Shown: positions 40,501-55,416, counted from the first letter of the stretch. The stretch is DNA of 64,000 nucleotides from Tubiluchus corallicola (GCA_030141605.1 JAQGDQ010000129.1:132781-196780); one strand, 5' to 3'. Translations and numbers: made by a program. The notes: generated by a model not told the origin, from the letters alone.

Positions 40501-43500
40501 CCTTCTTGTAAGTCTGTAGTTCAATTTTGTTAGAGAAGATCATATTGCGAAATTACCTCCTAAGAACGAATTTGAAAGCCCGCAAATCTTACAAATCTTT
40601 AAGTTCTTAACCCCTTCGAGATTCACAGCTATTATGCGGCTATGATAAGCTGCTTCAGTAAGGCAGCAGTGCTTATTAACGCAGACCTGGTAGCTGAATA
40701 GAACGCTGTCTGTCAATGACAGTCATAATAAACTGTCTGAAGTGAATGTAGCTTTGGGGATAAGGATACCTAACTAAAAGTATGATAATGTTCAACAACT
40801 TTATTATACTTGTAAAATATTAACATTTACTGCAAAAAAATTACAGAGAAGATCAGTCAATGTTATATTAAGTTACGGAATTGTCACAATGATTTAATGT
40901 GCACTATCATTGTCACATTGTAATGTAAAAATGATTTCAAAGGCAATTGCATGAATGACACTCCAATGGCAAAATTTTCTACGGATTACGTGAGATTATT
41001 ATAACCATCGCTGTTGTATGCAACTAACGCTATTTTACCAGCGGGGAAGGACTGAAGTTCAAAATCATTCAAAACGCAGACATTTTTCACATAAAATCTT
41101 AGCAGTAGGTTAGAATGCAAAACAGACAAAAACATTTGCGGAGATTTTCAGAAAACAACTCGGCTGCCGGTCGGTCGACCAGCTTGGTAACCGGTACGTG
41201 GAAATAGTTAAATGCCAATAACTTTGTAGCGGATTTGCGGATTTTGGGAACACCGTTAAAGAAAGCTTGAAAAAATGAATGTTATGTTTTTAGTTTTATC
41301 AAAATCCGGTAAGTAGCTGCAATCTTAATTGCAGTTAAAAAAGTTGACCAGCTGTTTGTTCAATTTTAGCAACTAAAAGTGAAAGGTCATTTACTGAGCT
41401 TCCTCTTGGCAACTTTTGCGAAGTTCAAGTTGTCCAGTTCATTTTCATTCAGCGTAATCTCAAACACGCTTAAAGTAAACTACAGCTATAATATTCTAGA
41501 ATGCAGCATGTAATGTGATCCAAACGAACCGTGAACCGTGACTTAAAAACAAATTGTCCACAAGAATAACAAAAACAACACATGTAAGTACTAACCATTC
41601 TTGGATGTAAAAAACACTGCATTGTTACAGCTAAGAAGCTGTTAAAGCCAAGTGGCTGATGAGATAAATTTCTGCAAACAAATTAAAGGTTCAATTCACC
41701 TTTTAGCACAAATTATGCTTATTAGACCGATATTAAATCATCTTAAAGCAAAACCGGACCCCCAATTTTAAACTTTAAGTCAAAACAATCTACTCTTCAA
41801 AATATTGAAAGAAACGTACTATTTTTGCATAAATGACTTACGTGAACTAATTGTTACCACACAAACACGATTTCGAGTTCGCGCCACTAGTTCTTCGCTG
41901 TTACATGCATTTCGTAATTCACTAGTTAGACGGGCACTAGCGTCTGCATTTCGGAAACGCATTGCACAAAAACAGGTGCTGTACTTCTCAGTTCAGATGT
42001 GTTAGTTTCTGACGAACTACACACGCTGGACAGCTCAAGCGTGAGTACAGCAGTAAATTTGAAATTTGAATTTTTTCTTAAAACATGCATAGTTTTAGTA
42101 CAACACAATAAATATCTTACAGTAACACTGTACCTCAATTTTCGCTTTCGCAAGCAAGTGCAACACGCTCGCGAAATATTTCTGCTATTGAAAATTACGT
42201 TAGTTTGCGATGGGCTCGCAGGCCGTTGATTAAGTTTTTAATCTATTATTTAATTATCACAAACGCTTTTGCAGTATTAATGGTGTTAAAATATATACTT
42301 CTTATCGGACTCGAAAATGGGGTAGTATATGAAAAATCATCCTGTTTAACCTTTTACTCGTCTACAGTTTCATAATCAGGTTCAGAAAGTTGAATACCAA
42401 TGCATCTACTCACAGTGGGCAAGTTCATTAATTGCAAATAGCAACAGGAAATTTTTTAGTACTACGTTACTAGTATTTCTTACACCCTAGGGGTTTCTTC
42501 TCTTTTCATGACAATCGTGAACAACAGACGTGGCTTCTTCATATAATTACTTTCGTTTTACGTGGCATTGTGACTGTGAAATTTTACCTGGACAAGATGA
42601 TAATTGAAACATGCCATTAGCAAATTAAAAGCGAGTCGTAAAGATAGAAAACATGAGATGCAAGCCAGGTATATCGCTCTAAGTAATTAAATATTTTCGA
42701 TTAAAATACCTAAATCTCCCGTATTTTTCGAAAGTCATCTTTTTGATTTTGTAAACCTTGTGAAAACGGTTTTAATTTGCCTAATATAAGGAAACTGGCG
42801 TAATTGAGAAAACATACTGTACTAGTACAATGCAGAAGGCAAGGTTGTAATAATGATGTCCTGTTAGTGAAAGGGACACCCTTAAGTAGGAAACTTTAGA
42901 CGTAGTAATGAGGGAAGGCTTGTAATCGCTTTATGTATATACAGGATGAGAAAATTGATTGGTGAGGTTTAGAATGGGATAATAGTCAAGAGCACGTCCA
43001 GAATTACGTAACTAATCAAGTAACGAGCCGGCAAGCATGGCTTCTCTTTGAATTACAACGGGAGGGGGTTTCATTCTGCCGTAATCATTTCTGGAGTGGG
43101 GTTTCTATGCAGACTTGGCTGCTGTAGAACGTCAAAGGTTTTTGTTTGCGTTGAAAACAGCTGGTTGAAGAGGCTGGTACTGGGCTGGTTGATTAATTGC
43201 TAAGTCGATTTTTCTGTTGATTGGTCAGTCGGTCAGTTAGTAGGTCGGTTATTAGATTAAAGCCTATACTGGACACTTAGTAGGTTTTTGTTTATTTGTT
43301 ACATGCTTAGATAGTTAGCCACACTGGCAATGTTTGTCGGTCGTTTTTTCAATAAATTGAGATATACATGTTATGATTCTACCAGCAGAATTCTGAAGTA
43401 CTTGTAATTTTTTCAATTGTTAGTTAGCTACTTAGTTAGTACAAGAAACTATACCAATAGTCTAGATGACTAAAGTAAAAGCTTGAATTATTGTTCTGGC

Positions 43501-45151
43501 TGTAGATTTAGTCAAGTATGAAGAATTTGTTTGGTGACAGCACTTGGTATCACCAAAGTGCTGTCATGGTGGTAGCAACGTCTCGAAGCGGAAACTTTTA
43601 TATTTTTATTGTTGTTTATAAATTCTATATCTTAAAACTGGGAACTTGGTTTACGCAATAAATGTTTGTGCAAGTAATTAAAACAACATTATTTTCGCCA
43701 TGTTTAAAAACTGTCTAAAAACTTGTTTTTTTGAACAAGCTTACTATTATGAGTATGAGTATGAATTTGCTTTCTATTTAAGACTAAATCTGTGGTGGAA
43801 CTTGTAGTTGTTGTATATGCACCGCAACTTCTTACTTACTTGATATCTGTATACATTTTAAATACTTCGGTGAATTTAGTTTTATTTAAAGGAAAGGACA
43901 CGTCACTTAGCCTGTTCGGTTAACTTTACTTTTCGTTCAAAATCAGAAAATTATTGCAATTATCTTATATTGACATTGACACTGTATAGAAATTTTCAGA
44001 AAATCATGACATAACGGGCGAACTTTGTGATATGTTCCTAAGCGCATTGTGGCGCTACTTAAACTAATTCAGACTTCTGCAACTTACCTAATACCAATGC
44101 AAAAATATTACGAAATTGCCGCTCTAATTTTTTGTAAAAACTTATTATACTTTTGCCAGAAATTGACAATGCCCTGGCTTTCTTCAGTCGATGAACGACG
44201 CCATTGATGGAAGAACTGCCGTTTAAAAAGGGAAGGCTCAAGCGCGGCTGTAAATAAATCTCATACTACAACCTTTTTTCTCGCTACCAATCAAAGTACC
44301 TGTAAATATTTTCGGTGGTTTCTTTTGTCTTTTAGCAACGTTATAACGTAATACGTTATTACTTCTCAGCATTTTACAATGACGTTTGTTAGATCAACCA
44401 TACTTATCTAGGTGAATTGAAGAATTAGAATTTCAGTATGTTTCGTTGTTGTTTTATGTTAAACGCTGCTTGATTTTAAACGCAATATTTCCACTTAAAT
44501 TATCACTATCTTCTACAACAGAAATGCATTGTTCAAGATTGAGAAACACCTAAATTCTAACGTTTGTTAGGCGTCTAGAGTCTAGAGTCATTGTGTGGGA
44601 TAATTTTCTTAACTGAAAGTATTTTGCAGCAAACGGAAATCCTGTGAACCTTTTCAAAAATCAGTATAATTATGACCGTATATACTTATATGTTAATTAT
44701 ATGGTATGTATTGCGGAAGGCGGATGTAATGCTGTACTACCAATTTCCACTAATTATTGCACCAGTTTCTGCTAATTAGTGTAAACGATCATCTTTTTGC
44801 AGCAGCTGTGCTACCTGCCTCGATAACTGCTTTCATTTAGATGATGCTTCTTAATTTCCTGGACATTGGATGTTAAATTAGTTCCGAGACGTTGACAAAT
44901 GCAAGCTTACTATAAATACTATATAAGCAGCGTACTTTTCTCAGCTCAATAGTAATGTCAACGGAACTACTACAAGGGTTTCTTCTGATTTCTGGAAGGT
45001 TGAAAAGGTTTTGGAAGCCTCGCAAGCAATGATCAACAAAACAGTGGCGCGGTCTTTTATCCATGAGGTAAATCATGTTAACCGAAACGAAGCATCATTT
45101 TTCTGATCTACTGTTGGTCACAGCTTATCGTGTTTTTTTTGTCATTTGGTC

Positions 45152-45155
<4 letters not shown>

Positions 45156-45230
<75 letters not shown>
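45156..45230. repeat. (AG)n microsatellite
   Basis: Perfect AG run. Confidence 0.97.
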
Positions 45231-45233
<3 letters not shown>

Positions 45234-46932
45234 GAGTGTAAGAAAGAGAGAAAACGAGAGAGAAAAGCGGATAGAGGAAGAAGAAAAAGAAGGAAATAAT
45301 GCCAAACAAAGGCGGTCGGAATTTGCTCTGCGACCATTACATAGTAATATGCAAATCAGTGCCTATTCAATAGCTTCGCAACACTTTCATTCTTTGTTTA
45401 AACGTTAACTAATAGAATTTAACAATGTAGTTTCTCATGCAAATTACTAGCATAAGTGCGAAATAACTATGTCATAATCTCACACTTATTATATACATGT
45501 ACATTATATATATATATTACATTATATTATTTATATCTTTATATCTTTCATATCTTTATTTATTTCGCAAAAGAGTAAATATCACATTTTACACAATTGC
45601 AATATTAAACTAGTTCAACTGTACAAAATTTAATGAATTATATTGATTAGTAATTAGTAACATTTATAACTAGTGTCTGTATACAGAAAGTCAAGTAATG
45701 TAACATTTAGTTGATTAGCAGTCTTAGCAACATCTCTTTTACTTCATTATCACAAAAGCCCTGTATTACCCATTCACCATTAAACGTGTCCAGAAGAGTT
45801 CACAGTACAAAAAAATCAATTTCATTAAAACTAGCAACATTCCTAAACTTTACTGAATTAACGAATTTAACGAATTAATGTTACGCTTTAATTAAAACAT
45901 TATGCTCGCCAAAATCCAAAACAGGAAATATGCCATTAGGTCAATGAGACCTCTATATAGGCTTGTATAGAGACAGTTTCCAGTTTAAGTCGAAGATGCT
46001 TTATTATAAGAGTACATTAGCGATGTTGCATTAACTTAAATAAGCTTAGTTAGTAGCAATGATAGGACTCCCTGAGTAGCGTACTAATTATAGAAGATGA
46101 ATAGAAATGAGAAGACTGGCAAGATGCAGTTTTATTTGAAGGAGTATTCAATAGATATATGTATGTATGTAACACGCAGTCTGACAGTCTTGTCAAACCC
46201 TATAAAGAATAGCGCAACATGTTTCCGCGTAATATACTGCACTGCAGGTGTCTTCCCACCACCTTTACTTTTACTTTGCTAAGAAGTATAGAAAGCCAGC
46301 CCAATTAAGTTAAGTCGTACATTAAAGGACAACTACTCCAAATATCAAAAATGTGGAGTTCCAAACCCCAAATCATGTATTAGTACCTCCTGCCTCTCTG
46401 AGCCTGAGGATTGGAGGTATGTGGCTGATTAGTAAGCTGCCACCATTTTTCTGCGCAGCAATTCTCGTGTTTCAAGTTTTATTTTCTTGGTACTAATTTT
46501 GATATCAATTTACATCATTTACATAGTGAAAGCACTTTGGTTGACACACTGAACCGTGCAAAATGTTGAGTTTTGACTATGATGCCACCAGGTCGGTGAG
46601 CCAACAGTACCATGTATACTGTTACGTGAACCGACCCTTAGCAAAAGCATCGACAGCCTATATGCAAAGATGACTTTCAAGGAGCGACCATCAGGTGGAA
46701 GACAATGCAGGGAACTATGAGTCAAGGAATCACGATTCGTCGGCAAAAGTATGTTTACTTACGGCCGACCAGATTTAATGGTTTGATCACACTAAGGCTG
46801 GGCGTAACCTAAGATGCAGCAGAAGTAGTTGAACCCTGAAAGGACACGGAAAACGTAAAAAGCATAAGAAATGTGATACTTTGTCAAAACTTATGGTAGG
46901 CCTACAGCAGTCGGTAGATTGAGCAAGGAGGA

Positions 46933-47148
46933 AAGTGACGTTTATGCAACTTGCGGATGCGGATGCGTTTTGGGTGTGTAGAATAGATAAAATCGGTTAA
47001 TATTATATTTGTTTCAATGCACCCGTTTATGCAGCTGCGGATGCGTTTTTGTGCAGCCAATTTTATTAATTTTTTCCGCAAGCTATTCCGCATTACCATA
47101 GATGGAAACGCGTCCGCATCCGCATGCGTAATTTCACAAACGCCATTT
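46933..47148. mobile_element. Palindromic MITE-like element (TGCGGA subrepeats)
   Basis: aagtgacgtttatgcaact-tgcggatgcggatgcgttt versus the reverse complement of the right end, aaatggcgtttgtgaaattacgcatgcggatgcggacgcgttt. A third internal tgcggatgcgttttt is present. Confidence 0.75.
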
Positions 47149-48299
47149 AAGCGTGCAAAATGAATATACGTAAACATCAAGTTGAGCTATAATGTGCTAA
47201 AAATATAACACTTAACTATAAATGAAGAAGAAGTTGAACGGAGTCTAAACTGGATTCCAAGTGCACTATCGAGATCAACTATCTAATCCGAGGGGTGGGC
47301 CATCAGATGAGCGCACCGGATACAATTATGAGAAATTAGTTTGCGCCAAAATATGCATCTATTACACTATGCTGTGATTCTAGAATTTAAAACATTGCTG
47401 TTCCAGTTAGAAAGCGAGGCAATGTCTAGCTTGCGTCTGAAGTCTTACGCTAGCGGCCCAACCAACTTATTAGTTTAATGTTGGATCATCTACCTCACTT
47501 TCTTGCTATATACGTCACTTAGACTTGTAACTCCATAACCACGTATACGGTCTTGCCTTCTTTTTCTTTCAGTGTCTAAATCACTTGTAACACAATACGT
47601 GAGCAACACGCCTCACACTTTCTCAGGAGAACTAATTACTGCAGTTCGTAAGAGGAGCTCCCTGGATAGAATGAGATCTTGTGTACGGTATAATCACAGT
47701 AGACAAGGAGTTATCGCCATGGAACGGTCACTTCCGTTAGGTATTTAGTGGAAATGCGACACTTCACGGCACTGTCATATATATAGATCTTGCATCATGG
47801 AAACCATAGACACATCAATTAGTTATCACTGCAATTGAACACACAGCGATAAAATTGATTCTTCTGTGGTTAAAACTTAATTACTCTTGCAAAACACTTT
47901 ATCAAGCCATACCGCAATTTATTAGTCATCGTTTACGTGAAAAGGATCATTAATTTATTCTATTTACAAACGAAGTCGTTCAATTAATTTCTGTTTTGAA
48001 CAGAAACCAAAACCAATTTTTTAGAGTTTTTAGCTAAATAAGAAATAATAACGCCAACAAAACACTAAATATAAGCATAAAATTTATTCTAGAAATTTCG
48101 TCTGTCCTCAGCAGAATAAAACTTACCAACAAACACAGAATGGAGTTAATTTAGAAAATGAAATTATAACACAGCGAAACGTGCAGTAGTTTAGATACTA
48201 ATAGCAAATAATAACAGAATGAAAACCCAGCATGAGCGATAACAGCAGCAACAAATCATGTACTACAAACAAGCATAAACTATAAACAAAGGCCATACA

Positions 48300-48385
48300 A
48301 ACGCACTCACGCACACAAGCACACACACACACCACACACACACACCACACACACACATCCACACACGCACACACACACGCACGCA

Positions 48386-48417
<32 letters not shown>

Positions 48418-48430
48418 CACACATACATAC
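48300..48430. repeat. (CA)n/(GCAC)n compound microsatellite
   Basis: Alternating purine-pyrimidine tract. Confidence 0.95.
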
Positions 48431-48793
48431 AAGTAAAATTCTATAGAAGTCATTCCACTTGGACAGTGGTATATCATCAAAAACGAATGCACTTACAGAA
48501 AATGTTGAAAAAACACAACATTGATAGCCATCGATACAATAAAGAGCTATAGAACCAAACTTCCCCCTAAAAATTGTCAAAAAACACATTATAAAAGGCA
48601 TACAAGCAAATATTCACAATACTATTTTTTTTTAATTTTTGGGGGGTTCAGGGGGTGTGGTTTTATAATTTCTATGGCTGTTGATGCATTCTTTTTTTGA
48701 TGATCTCTCGCTATACTAGTGGTATGGCTTCGTAAGAATTTCGAAACAGCAACAATCAGTATGGTGAATAAAACTTCCCTGAGGTGTATTAAG

Positions 48794-48882
48794 CCTGGCA
48801 ATCACCCACCCGTTTACTGACCAGCCTTTGTGTTGCTTAACTAAATGCTGAGACATTCGAAATGTCGTAAGACTGTGACTAC
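48794..48882 (-). mobile_element. Best-preserved copy of the tRNA-head/5S-derived SINE-like repeat
   Basis: Minus strand AGTTAAGCAACACAAAGGCTGGTCAGTAAACGGGTGGGTGATTGCCAGG aligns without gaps to invertebrate-type 5S rRNA AGTTAAGCAACGTCGGGCCCGGTTAGTACTTGGATGGGTGACCGCCTGG (recalled consensus). Upstream gtagtcacagtcttacgacatt is A-box-like. Confidence 0.7.
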
Positions 48883-50929
48883 TTCGTAACAAATTAGTAA
48901 CAAGTTTTTCGCTTTTCCTTAGTTCGAATAAAAGAATAGCAACCAGTGTAAAATGGGTTAATATCGTACATGAGCTAATGCCGGACAATGAGCATCGGGT
49001 TTTACTAAAAGACACTGCTTTTTCCTTTCTTTTATTAAGGAAAGATTCTCCTTTATTTAGTAAAGGAGAGGAAAAACAGTTTGTATACTATTTTGTTAAT
49101 TTTAAAAATGGTATATTACAGATATTACGATTTGCTGTTGCATTCTAATATTGTAACACTGAGGAAAGTTATTAATCTCTGAATCACCCGAGTTCAAACC
49201 TTGATATTTTTATCAGAAGCCAACATCTGAAAAAATTGTTGTTTCCAAGCTTGAAAACTAAGGATCATCTTGCGATTAGCTATCGGTCCTGACCAACAAC
49301 TGACAGATGCCAGATTGGAAAATAAATAATACTTTACTGCTTTGTTGCCCTGATAAAGTTTTTTCCTCTGCAGAGATTTACTTCTCACTTCAAGTTGACA
49401 ACGCGGACTTGAAAAGCGAGGCGTAGCGGATCAAGAAGAGAACCTCGCAGCGCTGCCAGAAGTTATGGACAAGTAATGAACAAGTAATTTCAGTGTTTAA
49501 ACAAAACTACTTAAAACTGAATCATGATCATTCTAGAGCCATTGTGCTCGTCTTCAAAAGCCACGCAGTCGCTTGTGGTCACTTACCCCACAACATTTCA
49601 TTTTGGATCCACTTTAAGATCCAATAAATGTGATTTCGCCCGCTGCGTATTCTCCGTTCGAGTGAATTAGGTCTATCAACGAATGATTGTCATCCCTTTA
49701 TTAACTATCCTAAACTTCAATGCCAGCACCGCCGCACAACTGTACGCGCGCTTTCACTGGGTCAATTGTGCCATTGTGGGCGCAATTAGGAAGCCAATAA
49801 CTTAGATACACAGCGTCCTCCTCTTTGAAATTCCTTGCTTGGTAAGATAAGACGAGTATTGTTGACTCTCGCATTGCCTGTGACTGACCTCACTAACTTT
49901 AGTGAAATATCAACGCTAAGATAGCATGCAAACATATCATTAAGCCTAAGCGTCTAACAGATTTTGCTATCATCTGGTGTCTCAAAACCAAAAAGATCAT
50001 TGTACAAGAAAAAAACGAATATACCAGGTAGAAAGGAAGTGATAGCTTTGTCACAGGGCTGTCCAAAATTATAATAACTGCATAAAGACGTAGTTACGCT
50101 ACTGCTACCAAGACATTGTTCTAAAATCTTTCATTGTATATCAGTTGAGATTTTCCAAAGTGGAAACTAAAGATGATATCCACTCTCCAGAAAACATTTT
50201 TGTCTACAGATGGCCGGGAAATATTGTGCAATTTTGGGAAAAATTTATAAGCATGTTATAAGACAAATTTCGACCAAATAAAACAACAATTTACCTGTTG
50301 TTTATTTAACTTTTTTAACTGCCTTAGAATGTAAGCTAACGGGTTGCATTGTAATATAATAAAACAGCTGTGTTCTCAGAAGCAATAAATTGTTCAAACT
50401 AGTTATCGAATTTACGAGCGCGCACAGGCATTCTTAATTCTCATGGATGATGACTTATTGATACCGCACCTACGAAATGAATAAAAACAATCAAAAGCAA
50501 TCCAACACGCATTTAATAATGGAATGAAAATATGTGATGTTTCCAAACTCTGTCACTGTCTGAAAACAAATATTTTGCCTCGCCACTACTCCAGTTTCGT
50601 CGCAACACTACTAGGTGTTATGTAATGAGTGGAAGTTGTACAGTACGTATGGAAGAGGTTCTCAAGGAGTCACATCTGGCAGGTCACACGCCCTTGAATG
50701 AAGCCACACATCTCTAAAGACCTTTTGCTTAGCGGTTATATTGTTTGCTCAGAACGTCGTGGTGCAGTTTGTATAGCAGCTTAGTTCATTTTGAATCCTC
50801 TGAGTGTAATGCGCAAAAGCTAAATGGACGGTTCTCTTTTATTCCCCATTATCCCATTAACCCAATTAATTAGATTTTAAATGAACGGACCTGGAAAGCG
50901 TCTTTGTGGCGATTTATTTTGTTTTATTT

Positions 50930-51236
50930 TATTCTGTTCTCTTCTGTTGTTCTGTTCCGCATTGTATTGCTGAGATGTGCTCTGCTCTGTGCTGTGCTAT
51001 ATTGTGCTGTGCTATGCTGTTCTAGTCCTGCTCTGCCCTGTTCTGTTCCATTCTGTTCCATTATATTCCATTACACCTTTTCAAATCCTGTATTCTATTC
51101 TATTCTATTCTATTCTATTCTATTCTATTCTGTTCTGTTCTGTTCTGTTCTGTTCTATTCTATTCTATTCTATTCTATTCTATTCTATTCTATTCTATTC
51201 TATTCTATTCTATTCTATTCTATTCTATTCTATTCT
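50930..51236. repeat. (TTCTA/TTCTG)n pentanucleotide repeat with degenerate 5' part
   Basis: Clean core at 51090-51236, with TGCTG/TGCTA/TATTG variants upstream. Confidence 0.95.
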
Positions 51237-53533
51237 TATTTTATCCTACTTTTTTGTATTTCACTTTGGGTGTTTTGCACCATAAAAGAAAACTCATTGA
51301 GCGAATTAGCATGTTTGTAGTAAGGTTCTACTAAAGCTAGCGTAGTTTTAGCCTCAAGTCTTCTTTTCAATACTGTTGTCATCTTCTGCAACTCGTTTTG
51401 AGGCTTGTTATGGGTGAAAAATAGCGTTGTGTTTTAATCGTAATTAAAATGCTTTCCTTATTGGCCACAGTCCCATTTTAGAATACCTGTGTTGTTGTGA
51501 AGTTTACAGCCCATTTTACAGGTGCAAGTTCTTTTGAAAAAAAGTTCATGGTTTCAAAATCAAAAAATGTCATTGCGTCGTACGTTCCCGACGCCATATC
51601 AGATTTTATCAGCCAGCTATTAATAACGAAACCTCAAACAAAATTAGCTCTTGTATCTTGTTAAACTGGCTCATCCGGCTTGTCAACTAGATGCATGTCA
51701 AGACGTCGTCAGATTATCACGTCTTTACTTCTGGCTTTTACCGAGGAATTCCAGCCACATCTGCATCTAACTAGCGACTGCTTACAATGTGCCACGCTGA
51801 TTAGCTGCTACTCTGGCTTCCAGAAAAATGAATCCGGTCAGCAGCGGCGGCAAGCATAACAGCCTGTTGTCGGCGCCTATCTCTGAGGGTGATGAAAAAA
51901 CGAAGATTCCCATTAGTACTCGGCGCAGTCCAGCCACCTGCTGATAATTATTGCACGGATGTTGACTTTCAGAGCTTTGTACAGTATTTGCATCAAACAC
52001 ACCACTGCAAAGAAAGTATCAAAGGAATTGTAATTTTGTCGTTGGTGCGAAATGTAGCGTCTTTTGAGCTTTTATCAAAATGCTGTTGGAATAAGCTTTG
52101 TTGGCGATTTGTAATTAGCGAGTTTATCCGACTAATTACGTAATTTAGCCTGTGTAGATCTTAGACTTTTGTTGTTGTTGAATGTTGTCGAGCTTTAGCG
52201 TCTTTGTTCTATATGTGCCTCTTAGTCTGATGATTATGTTCTTTGTATTTACCAGTAGTCAGAAAATTGTGTTCTTGATATTTGCCACGTAATGTTAGAA
52301 AATATCGTGGTCTCTATTTGGAGTCTAAAGATTTATATTCTTCAAGCATGACACCGAATTTAAAAACTACGTTCGTTCGATATGAGGATTTTATAATCTT
52401 TACATTTTTAGTAAGTTATGTTCTTGTTTGTGAAATTTTCACAGTCTGATTGCTCTCATGTTGTCATAGTATCTAAGAAATATTTTCTTCATATTTGTCG
52501 TTGAGTGTGAGGATTACAACTATCGCGTTTGTTACTAAGTCAATCTTGAAAAGCTTATTCATCAAAAATACAGATAATCCTCAAATCCAAAGACAAACTT
52601 GAAGAAAGAAAACGGCTAGTTTAGACACCAAGCCCTCAACAAAATTTGTTATGATTTTGAAACAACTACAGTTAATTATAACTAACAAAAATCCTCACAG
52701 AGCAAAAATTAAATTTAATATCCCATACACATTGATATACGTTATTTGAATTGGTTATGAACACGATGTATCACATATAGAAACCACACACAACATGCGC
52801 AGAGCACGGCAGTTTTTATTTCTTGCGATATTTACTACAAATTTGCGTAACACAACAGACCGATTACTTTATTACTTTATCTTGGCAGATTACATGCAAT
52901 ATACAGCATCATAAATAGTTTATTGTTTGAGTTGCAAATGCAAATGTGTCAAGACGGTTGAAATAATTTTGATTAAATATCACCTTCCACAAATTTCGAA
53001 ACAATTTTGCAACAGCTGTCTGTGACCACAAAATCTAATTGTCAGAAATGTTAGCACCCCTACTAACTACTCGGTGGTTGCCCTCTCAGAACGCTGTCAA
53101 CTTATTTTCCAACTGCTATTTTCGTATAATAAATCAATTTTCATGCCGTAACTTTTCTTCGTAATATTGTGAGTTGACTAGTTTGTATGACAAGCTAACA
53201 ACCCTGTTTATTGAAGATAACCAGAACATGCTGTTAGCTACACATAAACAAAGAATAGGGTTTCAGTTCTTTTGGTAATACGAATATAGATATGGCAAAC
53301 ATATGCAGATAAGGTATGTGTCCTTTAAACAAATTCGACAGTTGAATTAGCTAAATGACCAATAAATTTCGAAGAAGCGCAGAAAAGCAAAACACCAAAG
53401 ATTTCTGGAAAAGTTGTCAGCCTTTTCAGCTGTAGTTCAAGTGTTGGCCCAATGATGTCTATTATGTTCAAATAAGTTCTAGTAGACCTGTCAAACCTAG
53501 GGTAAATTTCTGAGTCAGAATAATCAGGTACTT

Positions 53534-53653
53534 CTGTGGTGTAATGTTAATATAGCTGCCCGGGCAGCAAAGGGTATTTGGTTCGAGCCTAGAATTTTTC
53601 AGACTATCTAAATCGGCATTGCTTTCGTGAGTTTATATGAATCCTTTGATCAC
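53534..53653 (+). mobile_element. Decayed tRNA-derived SINE
   Basis: A box TGGTGTAATG-TTA and B box GGTTCGAGCC at tRNA-like spacing, but no intact cloverleaf. It continues into a non-tRNA body, gaatttttcagact...gatcac. Confidence 0.55.
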
Positions 53654-54507
53654 CTGTGGCGAAGTAGTTGGCGAATTTTGCTGTCTGGTTTCATTTTCAA
53701 AGGCAAAGTCAAATTTGCTTTAAACTATAGAGTATGTCTTGAACATCTTGATAGTATGATAGTATGCAGTATGATAAATGGAATAAAGAAGACTCGCACC
53801 ACAGAATCGTTATTCTGTGACTTGAACTCCGTGTGTTAACTCAAAGATCAAAGGGTGCATGAAGCTCATAGATTACAAAAACCACATTTTGCACGATTTC
53901 GCCATCTTTTTTTAACTGTGCCGTTCTAAGCTGTAGGACGGCCTATTCTAGTATCTTCCTTGAAAGACCTCTCACATCCAATCACTGAAAATGCTTTTTA
54001 GCACTTGAAAGCTTTGTTTACTTTAGAAAAAAGTCAACATCATTTAATGCGTGTTAATCGCCGGATGTGCTTTTAGTGTTGATGCATTGAGCTTTTTGAT
54101 TTCCACAGCAAGTTTGGAATTAAAATCCAGTAGCTTTGATCCAGTATCTATCTAGGAGATCAAATGAGAAAAGCAAAAACTCTACTTCAGCGCCTTTTTA
54201 TTATATAAGCTCAAGAAGCAGCTTTTAGCGCACAGTGTATATGTACAGTGCTGTTTGTTTATTGAAAACGGTTAAAATTGAAATTCACATGTTAACCCGC
54301 AATAACGATAGCCCACAAACAAATCCAACAGTGAATAAAATTCAGTACAGCTGTAAAATTAGAAGGATACAGCAGGAGGAGTGATTGCGTAACGTTACAA
54401 GACCTACATCTGAGCAGTATAATACTGCCTGACAAAAACAAAATAAGAAATCAAAAGCAAAAGCAATAGTCACATTTCAACTATGTAGCAAGAGTTTATC
54501 GGTAACC

Positions 54508-54790
54508 ATTGTTTCTTTTCCCTTTGTTTTTTCGCTTTTCCCTTTTCCTTTTGTTTTTCTATATCCTTGTTATTCGTGTCATTCCTTCTTCTTTCGTTTG
54601 CTCCTTTCTCACTTGTTCTTTCTTTTTACTACTACCTTTTTACTACATCCCTCTTTTTCTCTGTCTTCTTCTTTTTATTTCTTTACCTCTGCCTTTCTTA
54701 TTTCTTTTCTTCTTTTTCTGCTTTGCTTTTTTCTTTGTTTTTCTACCGCTCTTCGTTGCTTTCTTCCTTTTTTCTTTCATTTCCTCCTTT
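54508..54790. repeat. Pyrimidine-rich low-complexity tract
   Basis: About 280 bp almost entirely T/C. It explains the F/L/S-rich ORFs. Confidence 0.9.
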
Positions 54791-55416
54791 GTTAATCCAT
54801 CAGCAACTTTAGATAACACGACAGTAGTGACATCCTAGAAATACCGTATGGCTTCTAGCTTCGCTATACCTTTAAAATAATTTTACAATTGAAACAATTA
54901 TAGCTAATTTGTCTTTTCTATATGTTGTTTATCCTAATATTCAGCTGTTTGCCTATATACTGTCTAGCGTAGATAGCGTTTATTGTACATGATAAAAATG
55001 TGTGGAAAAGCAAGCCCTTGACATCAAGCCAGGGCCTTGTACTATGATTTACTACACATCATTACACGTGTAAATGTCAAGCACACTATGAAGAACAGGA
55101 CGCAGCGTTTTTTATTATAGTCTCTCCAAGCATCGGATAATGATCAATCAAGCGCGAAAGAATGTGTCTTCAAAGTAGAGCACATTGCTATTACTAAGAC
55201 TAAACTAATAATATTGCTTATTTGCCGCTCTTTTTAACACGCGGTCACTTATGCACTAGACGAACCGAAACGGTATGAAATTGTTGTATTGATATATTAT
55301 CATCACTGTTGCTGTTGTTGTTATTGTTGTTGTTGTTGTGTTGTTATTATTATACCGAAATAGCTCTATTCTATATCTAAACGATTTGCTACCTCTGTTA
55401 AGCACGAGGTCACGAG

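Noticed and set aside
43158-43180. 13-nt match to the reverse complement of miR-133 (cagctggttgaag)
   Set aside because: The seed region is absent and there is no precursor hairpin.
44145-44190. Minus-strand CTGAAGA-aa-GCCAG..CTGGC-AAAA hammerhead-like core
   Set aside because: GAAA is mutated and no stem I/III pairing can be formed.
53534-53595. Possible tRNA gene
   Set aside because: A and B boxes are present but there are no acceptor or anticodon stems. Treated as a SINE.
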